Source: a virus (lineage: Duplodnaviria; Caudoviricetes). From it: DNA of 56,081 nucleotides. The notes beneath the pieces were generated by a model. That model was not told the origin of the DNA, did no database searches, and was given only the letters and a program-made list of their open reading frames with translations. Made by a program: the position numbers and the translations under genes. The stretch is taken from the IMG/VR virus record IMGVR_UViG_3300008267_000119, positions 1 through 56,081 of that record. One strand, 5' to 3'. Shown one piece after another: positions 35,974 to 46,356 of this stretch; positions within the stretch are counted from its first letter, which is position 1, and each line of letters opens with the position of its first letter.

Positions 35974-38304
35974 TTAACCTATACTCCTACGTGTATTTTG
36001 TCCAGCTGCGGATTGCTGATAAATTCTAGCATGTTCGTTTACATCAAAATATGTAGTGGCTTGAATAGGATTAGCAGCAACAGCTTTAGCTACAGCTGCT
36101 CCTAATTTTTCATAATCAATTGTTGGAGATGAAGATGCGGCCGTAGCAGCATTTATTTTATTTAATGGTGTTACAGTAGCACCAGGTTTAGCTGATAGAA
36201 TTTCTGGTCCGTTTTCTCCTACTAAGATGCTTCCTGCCCCTGTTACTGTCCCACCTACTGCTAGGCCAGGTACTGTTGGGGTTTGAGGTGTTGTAAATTT
36301 ATTAACTATAGCCATAGTTGCGGCTATTCCAGCTATTATACCCAGAGCTCCTAACCCTAATGTTAAAGCATTAGCAGTTGCTATGGCAGCTGCGGCTCTA
36401 CCTACTTCTAACCCTAATAAAGTAGCTGTTGGAGCAATCATACCAGCTATAGCTATTACGGATTTACCTACAGAGGTAGCAAAATTTACTGCCATTATGG
36501 TAGTTATAGCCCCCATTATACCATATAAAATCCAGGCATTGTCTATTAAACTGGTCATCATTTCTAGGGGACCAGCTAACAGTTCTGTCATCTTATTGAT
36601 AGAAGTGTTAATACTTTCTTGAAGAGATAATCGTTTGATATCCCCTTCTTGAAGGTGCATATTTTTAGCTATCTGGGCATCTGTAAGACCAAGTCTTCTT
36701 TGATCCGCCATATACATTTCAGCCAATTTATCTCTAGATATCCCTAATACCTTAGCTGCTGCTTCTTGTTCTATTCGATTTCCGGTAGCAAATGAATTTA
36801 TTATAGCTTGATTTTTACCTATTTCTTTAGTTAACTTTTCAGTTTGACTAGTCATAGCATAATATCTAGCAGCCTCTAAATTGATTTGCTTACCTGATAT
36901 TACTTCATATTCAAATTCCGAAGCAATAGATTGTTCAATGTTTAATAAAGAGTTTGCTATTCCCTCTACTTCTGATAAATTTAGTCCTAAATCTTTAGCG
37001 CTAGTAGCAGCTTCTGTTATTCTTGCAGTACTATTTCCTAAAGATGCTGCAAGAGCTGTTGAGGTGCTGTATACCTCCCTCATTATAACTCCTTGAGCTA
37101 AAGCTGATCTATTAGTGGCATTATGTTCCTTAGTTCCCTGTTTAATGGAGGCATTCATTTGGTCAATAGTTTGACCATTAACTTGGGACATGATAGCTGC
37201 TTTATTAGCTTGCTCTTGAGTCATACCCATAGCTTTAACCATTTCAGCAGCTGATGCTAGTGTATCAGGAGTGAATATAGCTGCGGCGTTCATTCCGGTT
37301 TTTTCCGTTAAAGATGCGGCAGTTTGAATGTAATCAACACTAGATATTAGCCTAGTGTTCATCTGATCCAACAATGGGATAGTGCCTCCTGTTAGATTTT
37401 TAAATTTAGTTTGAGCTTCATCTAATTTAAAGAAACTTTGAACAACCTTAGTTATAATAGCATCGGTCATATTTACTAAAGTAAATTGTTCCTTTAAAGC
37501 TATTGCTATATTTTTATACTTGGAGGTACCTTTTTCTAACTCCTTATTCTGTTCAATTAATGCATCTTTTTGAGCTAATAGGTTTTTAAGAGCTTTTCCT
37601 CCAAAACCATATCTTATTTGGGAATCTGATAGATTTCTTCTATTTAGAGAAACCATTTCTTTTCCTATATCCTGTATGGCATCTTGGTTTAACTTATATT
37701 CAAGTCTAGCTCTTTTAGTAGCTTGGATAGCATCATTTATGGGTTTAGATATCCCCATAAATCCTAGTTTTTCTAGGAATTTTCCTGCCCCCTCTAATCC
37801 AACCCCCATTAACCCTATTTCTTTGTTTACTTGGGATTGAAGTTCTATAGTTCGATTTAAACTTTCATTAAATGCCTCTCTTTCATTTAGAGCAGCTTGA
37901 GCTTCTATTAAATTTCTACTATTTAATTGTCCACTTTGTACAGATATCTTTAACTCTTCAAACTTTATTCTAGCTTGATTTTGGAGATTTTTAAGTTGTT
38001 TTTCAGATAAATCTTTTTCCCCTCGTCTATAATCTACTACTTGTCTGGAAATGTCTGATATACCCGATAAGGATTTTTTAGCTGAGTTTAGGTAAAGATT
38101 TTGGCGAGACAATTCATTAACACTATCTCTGAAACTTTTAGATATGTAATCTAAATCACCCGAAACTTCTCTGAATTCATTTCTTAAAGCTTTAACAGCC
38201 AGTAAAGCCTTATCTAAGTCTTGGAAAGGGGTTAAGGGTTTTTCCCCTAATTGTCTTCTAAGATTTGCAATTTCCTGGTTTAATGCGTTTATGTCTTGAG
38301 CCAT
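35974..38304 (-). CDS. tail tape measure protein
   Basis: Ala-rich helical sequence with hydrophobic segment and C-terminal LAVGGTV...VGENGPE; follows the chaperone genes. Confidence 0.85.
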   Translation of the reverse strand: MAQDINALNQEIANLRRQLGEKPLTPFQDLDKALLAVKALRNEFREVSGDLDYISKSFRDSVNELSRQNLYLNSAKKSLSGISDISRQVVDYRRGEKDLSEKQLKNLQNQARIKFEELKISVQSGQLNSRNLIEAQAALNEREAFNESLNRTIELQSQVNKEIGLMGVGLEGAGKFLEKLGFMGISKPINDAIQATKRARLEYKLNQDAIQDIGKEMVSLNRRNLSDSQIRYGFGGKALKNLLAQKDALIEQNKELEKGTSKYKNIAIALKEQFTLVNMTDAIITKVVQSFFKLDEAQTKFKNLTGGTIPLLDQMNTRLISSVDYIQTAASLTEKTGMNAAAIFTPDTLASAAEMVKAMGMTQEQANKAAIMSQVNGQTIDQMNASIKQGTKEHNATNRSALAQGVIMREVYSTSTALAASLGNSTARITEAATSAKDLGLNLSEVEGIANSLLNIEQSIASEFEYEVISGKQINLEAARYYAMTSQTEKLTKEIGKNQAIINSFATGNRIEQEAAAKVLGISRDKLAEMYMADQRRLGLTDAQIAKNMHLQEGDIKRLSLQESINTSINKMTELLAGPLEMMTSLIDNAWILYGIMGAITTIMAVNFATSVGKSVIAIAGMIAPTATLLGLEVGRAAAAIATANALTLGLGALGIIAGIAATMAIVNKFTTPQTPTVPGLAVGGTVTGAGSILVGENGPEILSAKPGATVTPLNKINAATAASSSPTIDYEKLGAAVAKAVAANPIQATTYFDVNEHARIYQQSAAGQNTRRSIG

Positions 38305-38348
38305 GTGATTTTAGTATATAATATAAATATGAAACAAAAAAATCCCTT

Positions 38349-38625
38349 CTATTTAGAAGGGATATTTGCATTATAAGTATTGGTTTGTGGTATGTTAGGT
38401 CTAGCTATCTCGTTAACACTTTTATTAGTTAACATATTATTTTGCTCATCTATCTTTTCTTGCTCTTTATCATAATGTTCTTTTAACTTATTAAAAGTAA
38501 ATGTTCGAAGCCAAATAGGCATTTCATATACGGTATCCCAATCATACCCCCCCTTACCATTAAATACTATTTCATGTATTTGGGAAAATAAATTTATTCT
38601 ATGATTCGAAGTCAGGCCAAAAAAA
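38349..38625 (-). CDS. tail assembly chaperone C-terminal extension (frameshift product)
   Basis: FFGLTSNHR...GGYDWDTVYEMPIWLR; overlaps the upstream gene at a T7 run. Confidence 0.65.
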
Positions 38626-39345
38626 GTTAAGGCTGATTGGTACAGCGATGTCCTCCCCTTCATCACCTTTAATAGTTAAATTAATATCTGGAGATATCCT
38701 TTTTATCTCTTGGCGTAGTGCTCTTGAATCTCTTGCTAGTAATTCATTATCAACAAATTCTCTTATAATTTTTCTATCTTTATCTCCATTAACTGAAGTA
38801 ATTATGTATTTTAAACGCGTAGAAATTTCAGGTGCACTACCATTAGGAAATAATTTTTTCAATCCTTTTAATTCGGCTTCTATCGCTGCTTCATCACCAT
38901 GGGTTAGGATTTTGTATCCAACTTCTAATTTAGATGCTGGTAAAGTGAAGTAGAATTCATTACCTTTAGTATAATCTACATCTTCAGGTAATTCTTTGTC
39001 TTTTAAAGTAGTTAAATCTACTTTATGTAATTTTCCTCCTGATTCGAATTCATAATCTTGGCCATACCCTAGAACTCTAGAGGCAATTAGAATAGCATTT
39101 TTATCACCAATTACCATATCTTTTAAATCTACTTTAGACACAATAAGTGAATCTAATAGTTTATCTAATACAGTACCTTGTTGAATGTAATTGGAGTTAG
39201 TTAGGATATCTTCTTCTCTTGCCCCCATGTACTTCATTTCAATAGTACCACTTGAAAGAGGATTGTCTTTTGAGTAAAGTAGACCTTTTGAAGGCAGTTC
39301 TACCATTTCGGTAGGAAATTTTGGTTTTGTAACTTGATTTTCCAT
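38599..39345 (-). CDS. tail / baseplate assembly chaperone (T4 gp26-like)
   Basis: VELPSKG...EEDIL...FFWP; lies between tube and tape measure genes. Confidence 0.75.
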   Translation of the reverse strand: MENQVTKPKFPTEMVELPSKGLLYSKDNPLSSGTIEMKYMGAREEDILTNSNYIQQGTVLDKLLDSLIVSKVDLKDMVIGDKNAILIASRVLGYGQDYEFESGGKLHKVDLTTLKDKELPEDVDYTKGNEFYFTLPASKLEVGYKILTHGDEAAIEAELKGLKKLFPNGSAPEISTRLKYIITSVNGDKDRKIIREFVDNELLARDSRALRQEIKRISPDINLTIKGDEGEDIAVPISLNFFWPDFES

Positions 39346-39382
39346 AAATTATTTTAATGTTTATATATAAATATAGCGAAAA

Positions 39383-39410
39383 TAAAAAAACCCACCAAAA
39401 TGGTGGGTTA
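39383..39410 (-). terminator. intrinsic terminator after the tail tube gene
   Basis: AACCCACCA-TTT-TGGTGGGTTTTTTT. Confidence 0.8.
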
Positions 39411-39433
39411 ATTTTAAAGTATAAGGATATGAT

Positions 39434-39922
39434 CTAGAAATTCAAGATGCAATAATCCATAGCTAAAGTACAGTTGATTTCTGCTGCAGCTTCACCTTGT
39501 GACCAATCGTAGTCTCCAAATGTTGCTGTTTTAATAAATGCACCTTTTATAATCCATTCACCAACTACGTCACCTACAGGACCTAGAACATTCATTGTGA
39601 TATCTTTTTTATAGAAATCTGAATATCCATCTCTACCCGTTACTGATTCGTGAGATAAACGCATCCATTCCATCACTGCTTGTGATCCTGCTGGAGCAAT
39701 TGGATCGTATAATGATAATGTGATATCATTCCATCTAACTTTACCTTTTATTTTACGGTAAACATTAATGTGGTCAAGTGTGATTTCACCAGCATCGAAT
39801 CCAGGAGCTGAAGCTTTCTTAATCATATAAGCTGGGATTCCTTCTATATACATTATAAACCTATTTGCTACTTTTGGTTCAAAAGCCGTAAACATTATCT
39901 CATTGGGATTTAATACTGCCAT
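39434..39922 (-). CDS. tail tube protein (T4 gp19-like)
   Basis: WNDITLSLYD, YKKDI and WIIKGAF motifs; downstream of the sheath. Confidence 0.9.
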   Translation of the reverse strand: MAVLNPNEIMFTAFEPKVANRFIMYIEGIPAYMIKKASAPGFDAGEITLDHINVYRKIKGKVRWNDITLSLYDPIAPAGSQAVMEWMRLSHESVTGRDGYSDFYKKDITMNVLGPVGDVVGEWIIKGAFIKTATFGDYDWSQGEAAAEINCTLAMDYCILNF

Positions 39923-39992
39923 GTTATATTTTTATTTTTAATTGTTATCTAATTATTTGTTTATAATAAATATTAAAGAATAGAGGAAAATA

Positions 39993-40619
39993 TTATATTT
40001 TGTTTGATTTTTGTCTATTTTGAGTTTTAGTTAAAGGTTGCAAATTAGTATAATGAAAACATTGTTTTTGTTGCTCAATATCTTGCATATTAAAACTATC
40101 ACAAGGTATTATATGATCCACTTCCCAATAAGAACCGTGATTACCCCAATTCATCTCCTCTTTAAATTGTTTTTCTAAATGTATTTTTACTTCTTCTAAA
40201 GAACAACCTAATAGTTTTATTATGTTAGAATCCTTATAAGTTTTATTTTTTTTTAATACTTCATTTAATCTAGTACCTAAAATTATTCTTAATTTGAATT
40301 TGGGGTCAGTATTATAACGATTTTTTCTATAATTATTATAATATTCAGGATTGTTCTTTAAATACCTAGCAGTAGATAATCTATTCTTCTCAGGATTTAT
40401 CTTCTGATAATTTGTGGTACATTTTATATGTTTTTCTCTATTTAATTCATACCAGATTTTAGCATTGGAATTTATTTTTTCTTTATTATTAATATAGGAC
40501 TTATTATTAATAAGTTTCATACATTCTCTACAAGTATTAGAATACCCATCTTCAGTTCTTTTATTTTTATTAAATAAAATATATTCTTTTTCGGATTTAC
40601 AACTATTACAACATTTCAT
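39993..40619 (-). mobile_element. free-standing HNH endonuclease between sheath and tube
   Basis: Paralog of 20677-21258: GCSLEE...GSYWEVDHIIP...NLQPLT...KSNK. Confidence 0.85.
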
Positions 40620-40658
40620 GACATTATTTCGTTAGGGTTTCATATAAATATGAATAAG

Positions 40659-40682
40659 AAAGGCTCCCTTATGGGAGCCTTA
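40659..40682 (-). terminator. hairpin / terminator after the sheath gene
   Basis: AAGGCTCCC-ATAA-GGGAGCCTTT; related hairpins near 15836, 28556 and 33709. Confidence 0.65.
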
Positions 40683-40704
40683 ATAATATTAAATAAATTG
40701 ATTT

Positions 40705-42351
40705 TTATACAAAAGTCGCACCTGTTGGTGTAACATTAAAATCTAATATAACAAACTCGGCAGTTCTTGTAGGTTGGATAAAAATCTGTCCTAACAATTG
40801 ATTTCTATCTATTACATCAGCAGTATTGTTACTTTCGTCCATTACTACTTTGTAAGAGTATAAACCTTGTCTTTGTTGAATTGATTCAAGATAAGGATTT
40901 ACTTGTCTTAAGAATCTATTTCTTGTAGCGATTGTATTTTGTTCAAACACTAAATTATCAGCAACTTGACCAATATATGATTTCAATTCAATTAACAATC
41001 TTCTAACATTAATTCTATCTAAAGCTGATGCTTTTTTCTGTAATGTTTTCTGACCATATGCTACTACACCTTGTCCAGGGAAAGTAGCGATTGAATTAAC
41101 TTTTCCATCATATAAAGTATCTCTATCTGATGGAGATAATTTTCTTTCAGCTTGGATTACACTTAAACTACCTCTTGTAAATCCTGCAGGTGCGAACCAT
41201 GGAGCAGAGATTCTATCATTGTAAGCAAATACACTTGGAATGATTGTTGAAGGTGGAACCCATGTTAATTTTCCAGTATTAGGAGCACTAACTTGAACCC
41301 AAGGATAGTATGCAGCAGCATAGCTACTATCAATTGCGGTAGCATTGTTAACTACAGTAGCAATTGTATCTCCTAAAGAAGACATATCAACTATAGCAAT
41401 ACAATCTCCTCTATCAGAAGCCATGTTAGTTAATGATGTAATTATAGCATTTCCTGTGGTAGCGCGTACTCCAGGAGTAGTAACAATATTGAATTTAAAT
41501 TCATCTGTATTACCTAATAAAGAAATTGAAGATGTATAATCACTATTAGTTAAACCATATACACCACAATTTACTCCTGTAGCTCCACCAAATGAACCAC
41601 TAGCAACTACTGGTAATGATGAAGTATATTGAGGTTGTGGATTTCCATTATTATCAAAATAATTTGGAGTAGTTAAAGATATAGATTTTACTCTTACATA
41701 TCTTGATTTATTAGTGTAATCACCTGTAGTTTGAGTATATCCATTATCTGTAGTAACAGATTGGTTACCAATTACTGCTTCAATATAGTTAGATTGGTTT
41801 GGATCTAATGATAAGTTACTCCATGATTCTAATATTACTTTAGAATTAGGGTTATCATCTCCTCTTCTAATTAATAAATTAAATGTACCACTACCAGAAC
41901 TAGAATTCGCAATTTCCCATCTTACATTGCTAGATGAACCTGATGCTAAAGTTCCGCTTACCTCAGTACCACCAGCACTATTTGCAGAAATTCCAGATGA
42001 AAGAGTTTCTAAAGAGAAACATGCTGCAGATCCTGATGCTGCTATACTACTTGTTGCAGGAGCAAAAGCTCCACTTACTGCTCTGGTTACTAATAAAGTG
42101 CTACCTCCTTGTTGAAAGTAATTATAAGCAGAGATTGAAGTTAAGTATTCATAAGATGCCCCACCACTAATGAAAGACCCACCAAATTTATTTAGATAGT
42201 CACTGTATGAAGTAACTAAAGTAGGTATTCTAACAGGACCTTGTACAGTTGGACCAACAATAGCTGCACCTGCAGTTATAGGGCCCTGTGTAATTTGCGA
42301 TTGGTCATTTTCTCGGATTAATAATCCTGGAGATAAAAGAGTTTCAGCCAT
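40705..42351 (-). CDS. contractile tail sheath protein
   Basis: SPG...E-D-S N-terminus; PWFAPAG; RINVRRL; FEQN; QPTRTAEFV. Confidence 0.95.
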   Translation of the reverse strand: MAETLLSPGLLIRENDQSQITQGPITAGAAIVGPTVQGPVRIPTLVTSYSDYLNKFGGSFISGGASYEYLTSISAYNYFQQGGSTLLVTRAVSGAFAPATSSIAASGSAACFSLETLSSGISANSAGGTEVSGTLASGSSSNVRWEIANSSSGSGTFNLLIRRGDDNPNSKVILESWSNLSLDPNQSNYIEAVIGNQSVTTDNGYTQTTGDYTNKSRYVRVKSISLTTPNYFDNNGNPQPQYTSSLPVVASGSFGGATGVNCGVYGLTNSDYTSSISLLGNTDEFKFNIVTTPGVRATTGNAIITSLTNMASDRGDCIAIVDMSSLGDTIATVVNNATAIDSSYAAAYYPWVQVSAPNTGKLTWVPPSTIIPSVFAYNDRISAPWFAPAGFTRGSLSVIQAERKLSPSDRDTLYDGKVNSIATFPGQGVVAYGQKTLQKKASALDRINVRRLLIELKSYIGQVADNLVFEQNTIATRNRFLRQVNPYLESIQQRQGLYSYKVVMDESNNTADVIDRNQLLGQIFIQPTRTAEFVILDFNVTPTGATFV

Positions 42352-42421
42352 TTTTTAATTATATTTAAATTGTTTACTTTGTTTAATAATAAATATTAAA
42401 AAAGGGTTCAAAACCTATATT

Positions 42422-42673
42422 TTATGAATATATTATATCTCCTTCTTTTAGATCTATTTGAACATCACCATAAGCTTCTTTTAGCTTTTTGCTAAGTTCT
42501 ACCTCAATTGCAGTCAATTGCTCGTATTGAGATTTTAAATACTGTTCTTCTTTTTCAAGTTGAAGTTTTTTAAATGCTAATTGCCCTAATTGTGCAATTA
42601 AAACTTCAGATTGATTTTGAAATTTAGTTAATTCTTGTAATTCTGATTCTTGTAACTTGCTTGGTTTAATCAT
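42422..42673 (-). CDS. small coiled-coil protein
   Basis: 83 aa, helical, ends YGDVQIDLKEG. Confidence 0.75.
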   Translation of the reverse strand: MIKPSKLQESELQELTKFQNQSEVLIAQLGQLAFKKLQLEKEEQYLKSQYEQLTAIEVELSKKLKEAYGDVQIDLKEGDIIYS

Positions 42674-42695
42674 AACGTTTTTAATTATTTAGTTT

Positions 42696-45362
42696 TTATC
42701 TTATTTGTGTTGCAGTAAATATTATCGACGGACATATTGGTATATTTCCTGCTGCTGGTAGTGTTGGAAATGTTGTATTTGCTTGATTACTTTCCCATGC
42801 AAGTTCTACATAGTCTCCTGCTGAGAATGTTTTCATAAAGTTCCAAGAAGGTACTACTGAGTCATTATTTGCTGTTCGAAGTCTAGTTCCTGATTCTGGT
42901 ATGTTTACTCCATTTTTCTTAAACCAAATATAAACTGTAGCTGCGGTACCTGTTTCTAATTGTGCTGAAAATTCTAAGTTATAAACTCCACCGTTTGCAA
43001 AAGTAACTCTACTTCCACTTACAACACTCACTCCTACTGCTTCATCTAGTGTGTCTAATTGAAATGAGTGAGATACGTTAGCTGATCCTGATAGGGTTGT
43101 ATTGTTTTGGAATGCTCCGTAATTGTACTGTTTATTACCACCAAAGTAGAAATCACTACCACTTGCTACTTGTAGAGAGCCTGTTACTTGAAATGTTGAT
43201 CCTGATGCAAATACTAAATTACTTCTACTTACATCCGATGTTCCATTTCCAATTATAAAAGCGGATTGGGCTGATGATGATATATTATATTGTCCTTGAA
43301 CATGTTGATAAGAACCCGATGCTACTGTATAATACCCTTCTGCGTGTGATGCAGTTGCAAATGCTTTTGTATATTCTCCCTCTGCGTGTGAATACTTTCC
43401 TGAAGCTGTTGTAAAGTATCCTTCTGCGTGGGATGCTCCTCCAATAGCTATTGAATACTCTCCTTCTGCGTGAGCAGAGGCTCCTGCTGCTATCGTAAAT
43501 GCTCCTTCTGCGTGAGCAGCTGGTCCTGTTGTGATTGTTCCATCACCTTCAGTGTGCGAGTAGCTTCCAATAGCTACTGTACTAACTCCTTCAGCATGTG
43601 AGTAACTTCCTGATGCTAGTGTACTACTGCCTTCTGCGTGAGACATCCCACCTCTAGCTATAGTTTCAAAACCTTCAGCATGGGAGTATTCACCATAAGC
43701 GTAGTTGTTATTTCCTTCTGCATGTGAGTAATCTCCTATAGCCTGGCTATAATACCCTTCTGCATGTGAATAGGAGCCTGATGATATGCTATTCTGTCCT
43801 TCTGCATGTGAACCAAAACCAGCTGCTAGTGTTTCTGTACCTTCTGCGTGTGATGCCTGTCCACTTGCTATTCCATTAATTCCTTCAGCATGTGATGAGT
43901 TTCCGGATGCTACTGTATCTGCACCCTCTGCGTGTGATAGATATCCTGATGCTAATGTTCCTCCTCCTTCTGCATGTGAGTAGTCTCCTATGGATATGGT
44001 TTGAAATCCTTCGGCATGTGAGGATGATCCGGATGAAATAGTTTGAGTACCTTCAGCATGTGAAAGTAACCCTACTGCTGAAGTGCCATTACCTTCGGCG
44101 TGAGATCCGTCTCCTACTGTCTGTGTAGATAAGCCTTCAGCATGGGAATAGCTTCCTCTGGCTTCAGTGTCATATCCTTCGGCATGTGAGAAAGAGCCTG
44201 AAGAAATAGTATTAGTTCCTTCAGCATGTGAGTGTGATCCTGAGGCAAATGTATATTCTCCCTCGGCATGTGAATATAGTCCTGAGGATGTTGTGAATTG
44301 ACCTTCGGCATGTGAATATGATCCTGATGATAAAGTATAGTATCCTTCAGCATGTGAGGCATTACCTAACGCTACTGTACCTACTCCTTCGGTGTGGGCT
44401 GATTCTCCTACTGAATTAGTTCCATCCCCCTCAGCATGTGAGTAATATCCTGTAGCTAATGTAGCATACCCCTCAGCATGTGATAAATCCCCTACTGTCC
44501 AAGAATTATAACCTTCAGCGTGTGAATAATCTCCTATTGTTCGATTTCCCCAACCTTCGGCATGTGAATATGATCCGCTGGCTTTTGTTAGATATCCTTC
44601 GGCATGAGAATATGATCCTGAGGCTATAGTATTTCTACCTTCGGCGTGCGAGCCATAACCTGATGAAGTTGTAAATAAACCCTCTGTATGAGATGCATCA
44701 CCAATTGCTCTGGTGTTTGCTCCTTCGGCATGTGATGCATAACCTAAAGTTATAGTATTGCTACCTTCAGCATGTGAGTAGGGTGCTGATGATACAGCTT
44801 GACTACCTTCAGCATGTGAGTAATCTCCAGATGAGGTTGTATAAATTCCTTCAGCGTGTGAGTAAAGTCCTGATGATGATACGGATAAACCTTGTGTTAA
44901 TTGACCATTAAGGTTAAGAATAGTACCATTAAAAGTTAAATTAGATTCTCCATTTATATTACCACCTCCAGTTGCAGTTAATAAGTAATTATTAGAGTTA
45001 TTAGCTATAACTGTTGATATATTTGAAGCTGTAGCTGCAGTTTGTGCATATGAAGCTGTTCCTAATAATGAACCTGTAACTCCACTGTTGGCACTTATAG
45101 ATTGAGAAACATATAATGAACCCGATAATACAACAGATCCCGTAATGATGGCTACTGTAGCCCCTGGTATGTTGTATAACCCACTTCCGTCTCCTGAAAA
45201 TGAACCAGTAAAAGTTCCATTAGTGTTACCACTAATAGATACTGATCCAGTTATTATAATATCATTTGAGGTTGTTCCATTTAAAGCGTTTATTATCCTC
45301 AATAAATGTTCAGATCTAATTATCTGAGAAGGTGATATACCTGATGTACTAATTGTACTCAT
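42696..45362 (-). CDS. tail fibre / adhesin with many 14-aa SHAEG (YadA-head-like) repeats
   Basis: Tandem xxxSGxYSHAEG repeats ending in a HVQGQYN...FIIGNG neck-like segment. Confidence 0.8.
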   Translation of the reverse strand: MSTISTSGISPSQIIRSEHLLRIINALNGTTSNDIIITGSVSISGNTNGTFTGSFSGDGSGLYNIPGATVAIITGSVVLSGSLYVSQSISANSGVTGSLLGTASYAQTAATASNISTVIANNSNNYLLTATGGGNINGESNLTFNGTILNLNGQLTQGLSVSSSGLYSHAEGIYTTSSGDYSHAEGSQAVSSAPYSHAEGSNTITLGYASHAEGANTRAIGDASHTEGLFTTSSGYGSHAEGRNTIASGSYSHAEGYLTKASGSYSHAEGWGNRTIGDYSHAEGYNSWTVGDLSHAEGYATLATGYYSHAEGDGTNSVGESAHTEGVGTVALGNASHAEGYYTLSSGSYSHAEGQFTTSSGLYSHAEGEYTFASGSHSHAEGTNTISSGSFSHAEGYDTEARGSYSHAEGLSTQTVGDGSHAEGNGTSAVGLLSHAEGTQTISSGSSSHAEGFQTISIGDYSHAEGGGTLASGYLSHAEGADTVASGNSSHAEGINGIASGQASHAEGTETLAAGFGSHAEGQNSISSGSYSHAEGYYSQAIGDYSHAEGNNNYAYGEYSHAEGFETIARGGMSHAEGSSTLASGSYSHAEGVSTVAIGSYSHTEGDGTITTGPAAHAEGAFTIAAGASAHAEGEYSIAIGGASHAEGYFTTASGKYSHAEGEYTKAFATASHAEGYYTVASGSYQHVQGQYNISSSAQSAFIIGNGTSDVSRSNLVFASGSTFQVTGSLQVASGSDFYFGGNKQYNYGAFQNNTTLSGSANVSHSFQLDTLDEAVGVSVVSGSRVTFANGGVYNLEFSAQLETGTAATVYIWFKKNGVNIPESGTRLRTANNDSVVPSWNFMKTFSAGDYVELAWESNQANTTFPTLPAAGNIPICPSIIFTATQIR

Positions 45363-45432
45363 ACTTTCAAAGTTTTATTCTCCAATAAATATTACAGTAT
45401 TAGAGTTAATATTAGAAAATTGAGATTTCAGT

Positions 45433-46353
45433 TTATAGTGTTGTAATTAATACTAACCCGTCTCCTCCGTCTCCTCCTGATCCTCCAGTACTTCTATAAG
45501 ATCCACCACCGCCTCCGCCACCGCTTCCAAACGATCCTTTTCCTCCTTTACCTCCAGTTCGTCCAGCTGTAGTTGCTACACCACCACCACTTCCTCCTGT
45601 GAAGAACATTGGAATACTCATTGATAGATTGTTAGGCAGAGATGTATATCCTGCAACTCCGTGTATTGTATCATCGGCGGCATTAATAGTTCCTGCAGGT
45701 ATTGTTGGTAAGAATCCCGATCCTGTTATTAGTCCTGCTGCAAATCCAGTTCCTCCTGCAGAGCATGCTCCTCCTCCGGATGCTCCAGTGGCTATAGATG
45801 TTGGGGTTAGATTTGTTACTGTTCCTCCAGTGGTTGTTCCTGCTGTTCCATTTTGTCCAGGTTCCACATTTATTAATCCTAAGTTTCCATTAATTGTTGC
45901 TGCAAAACCCCAGATAGTTCCTGCTGTTCCTCCTGCTCCGGGGGTTGACGACCCACCTAATCCACCACCTGTAGGACCTGCTGCCCCATTTTGTAATAGT
46001 ATGTTTATTGAAGCTGAATCAGGCTGATAACTTACGTATGTAAGTCCTCCTGAAGTACCTGCAGCATCTGCTACCCCACCTGCTCCTCCTTTTCCAATTA
46101 ATATGTAAAGAGTATCTGGGAGGGTACATGCAAGAAATGTTGCTGAGAGGATAGCTGAGCTAGCTCCTCCTCCACCTCCTGTAGCTGTGTTAATAGCTGA
46201 GGTTCTTCCTCCACCACCTCCGCTACCTCCTCCTAATAGGAAAAAGTGTACAATATTGGCGTTTTTAGGTTTATTCCAAACCTTCCAAGTATGCCCATTA
46301 CCGAGGAATAGGCTACTGTTATTTCTTACAGGTATATTGTTAACTGCACTCAT
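45433..46353 (-). CDS. glycine-rich virion protein
   Basis: WNKP...GGGSGGGGG...GGDGLVLI; paralog of 46357-47268. Confidence 0.75.
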   Translation of the reverse strand: MSAVNNIPVRNNSSLFLGNGHTWKVWNKPKNANIVHFFLLGGGSGGGGGRTSAINTATGGGGGASSAILSATFLACTLPDTLYILIGKGGAGGVADAAGTSGGLTYVSYQPDSASINILLQNGAAGPTGGGLGGSSTPGAGGTAGTIWGFAATINGNLGLINVEPGQNGTAGTTTGGTVTNLTPTSIATGASGGGACSAGGTGFAAGLITGSGFLPTIPAGTINAADDTIHGVAGYTSLPNNLSMSIPMFFTGGSGGGVATTAGRTGGKGGKGSFGSGGGGGGGSYRSTGGSGGDGGDGLVLITTL

Positions 46354-46356
46354 AGT

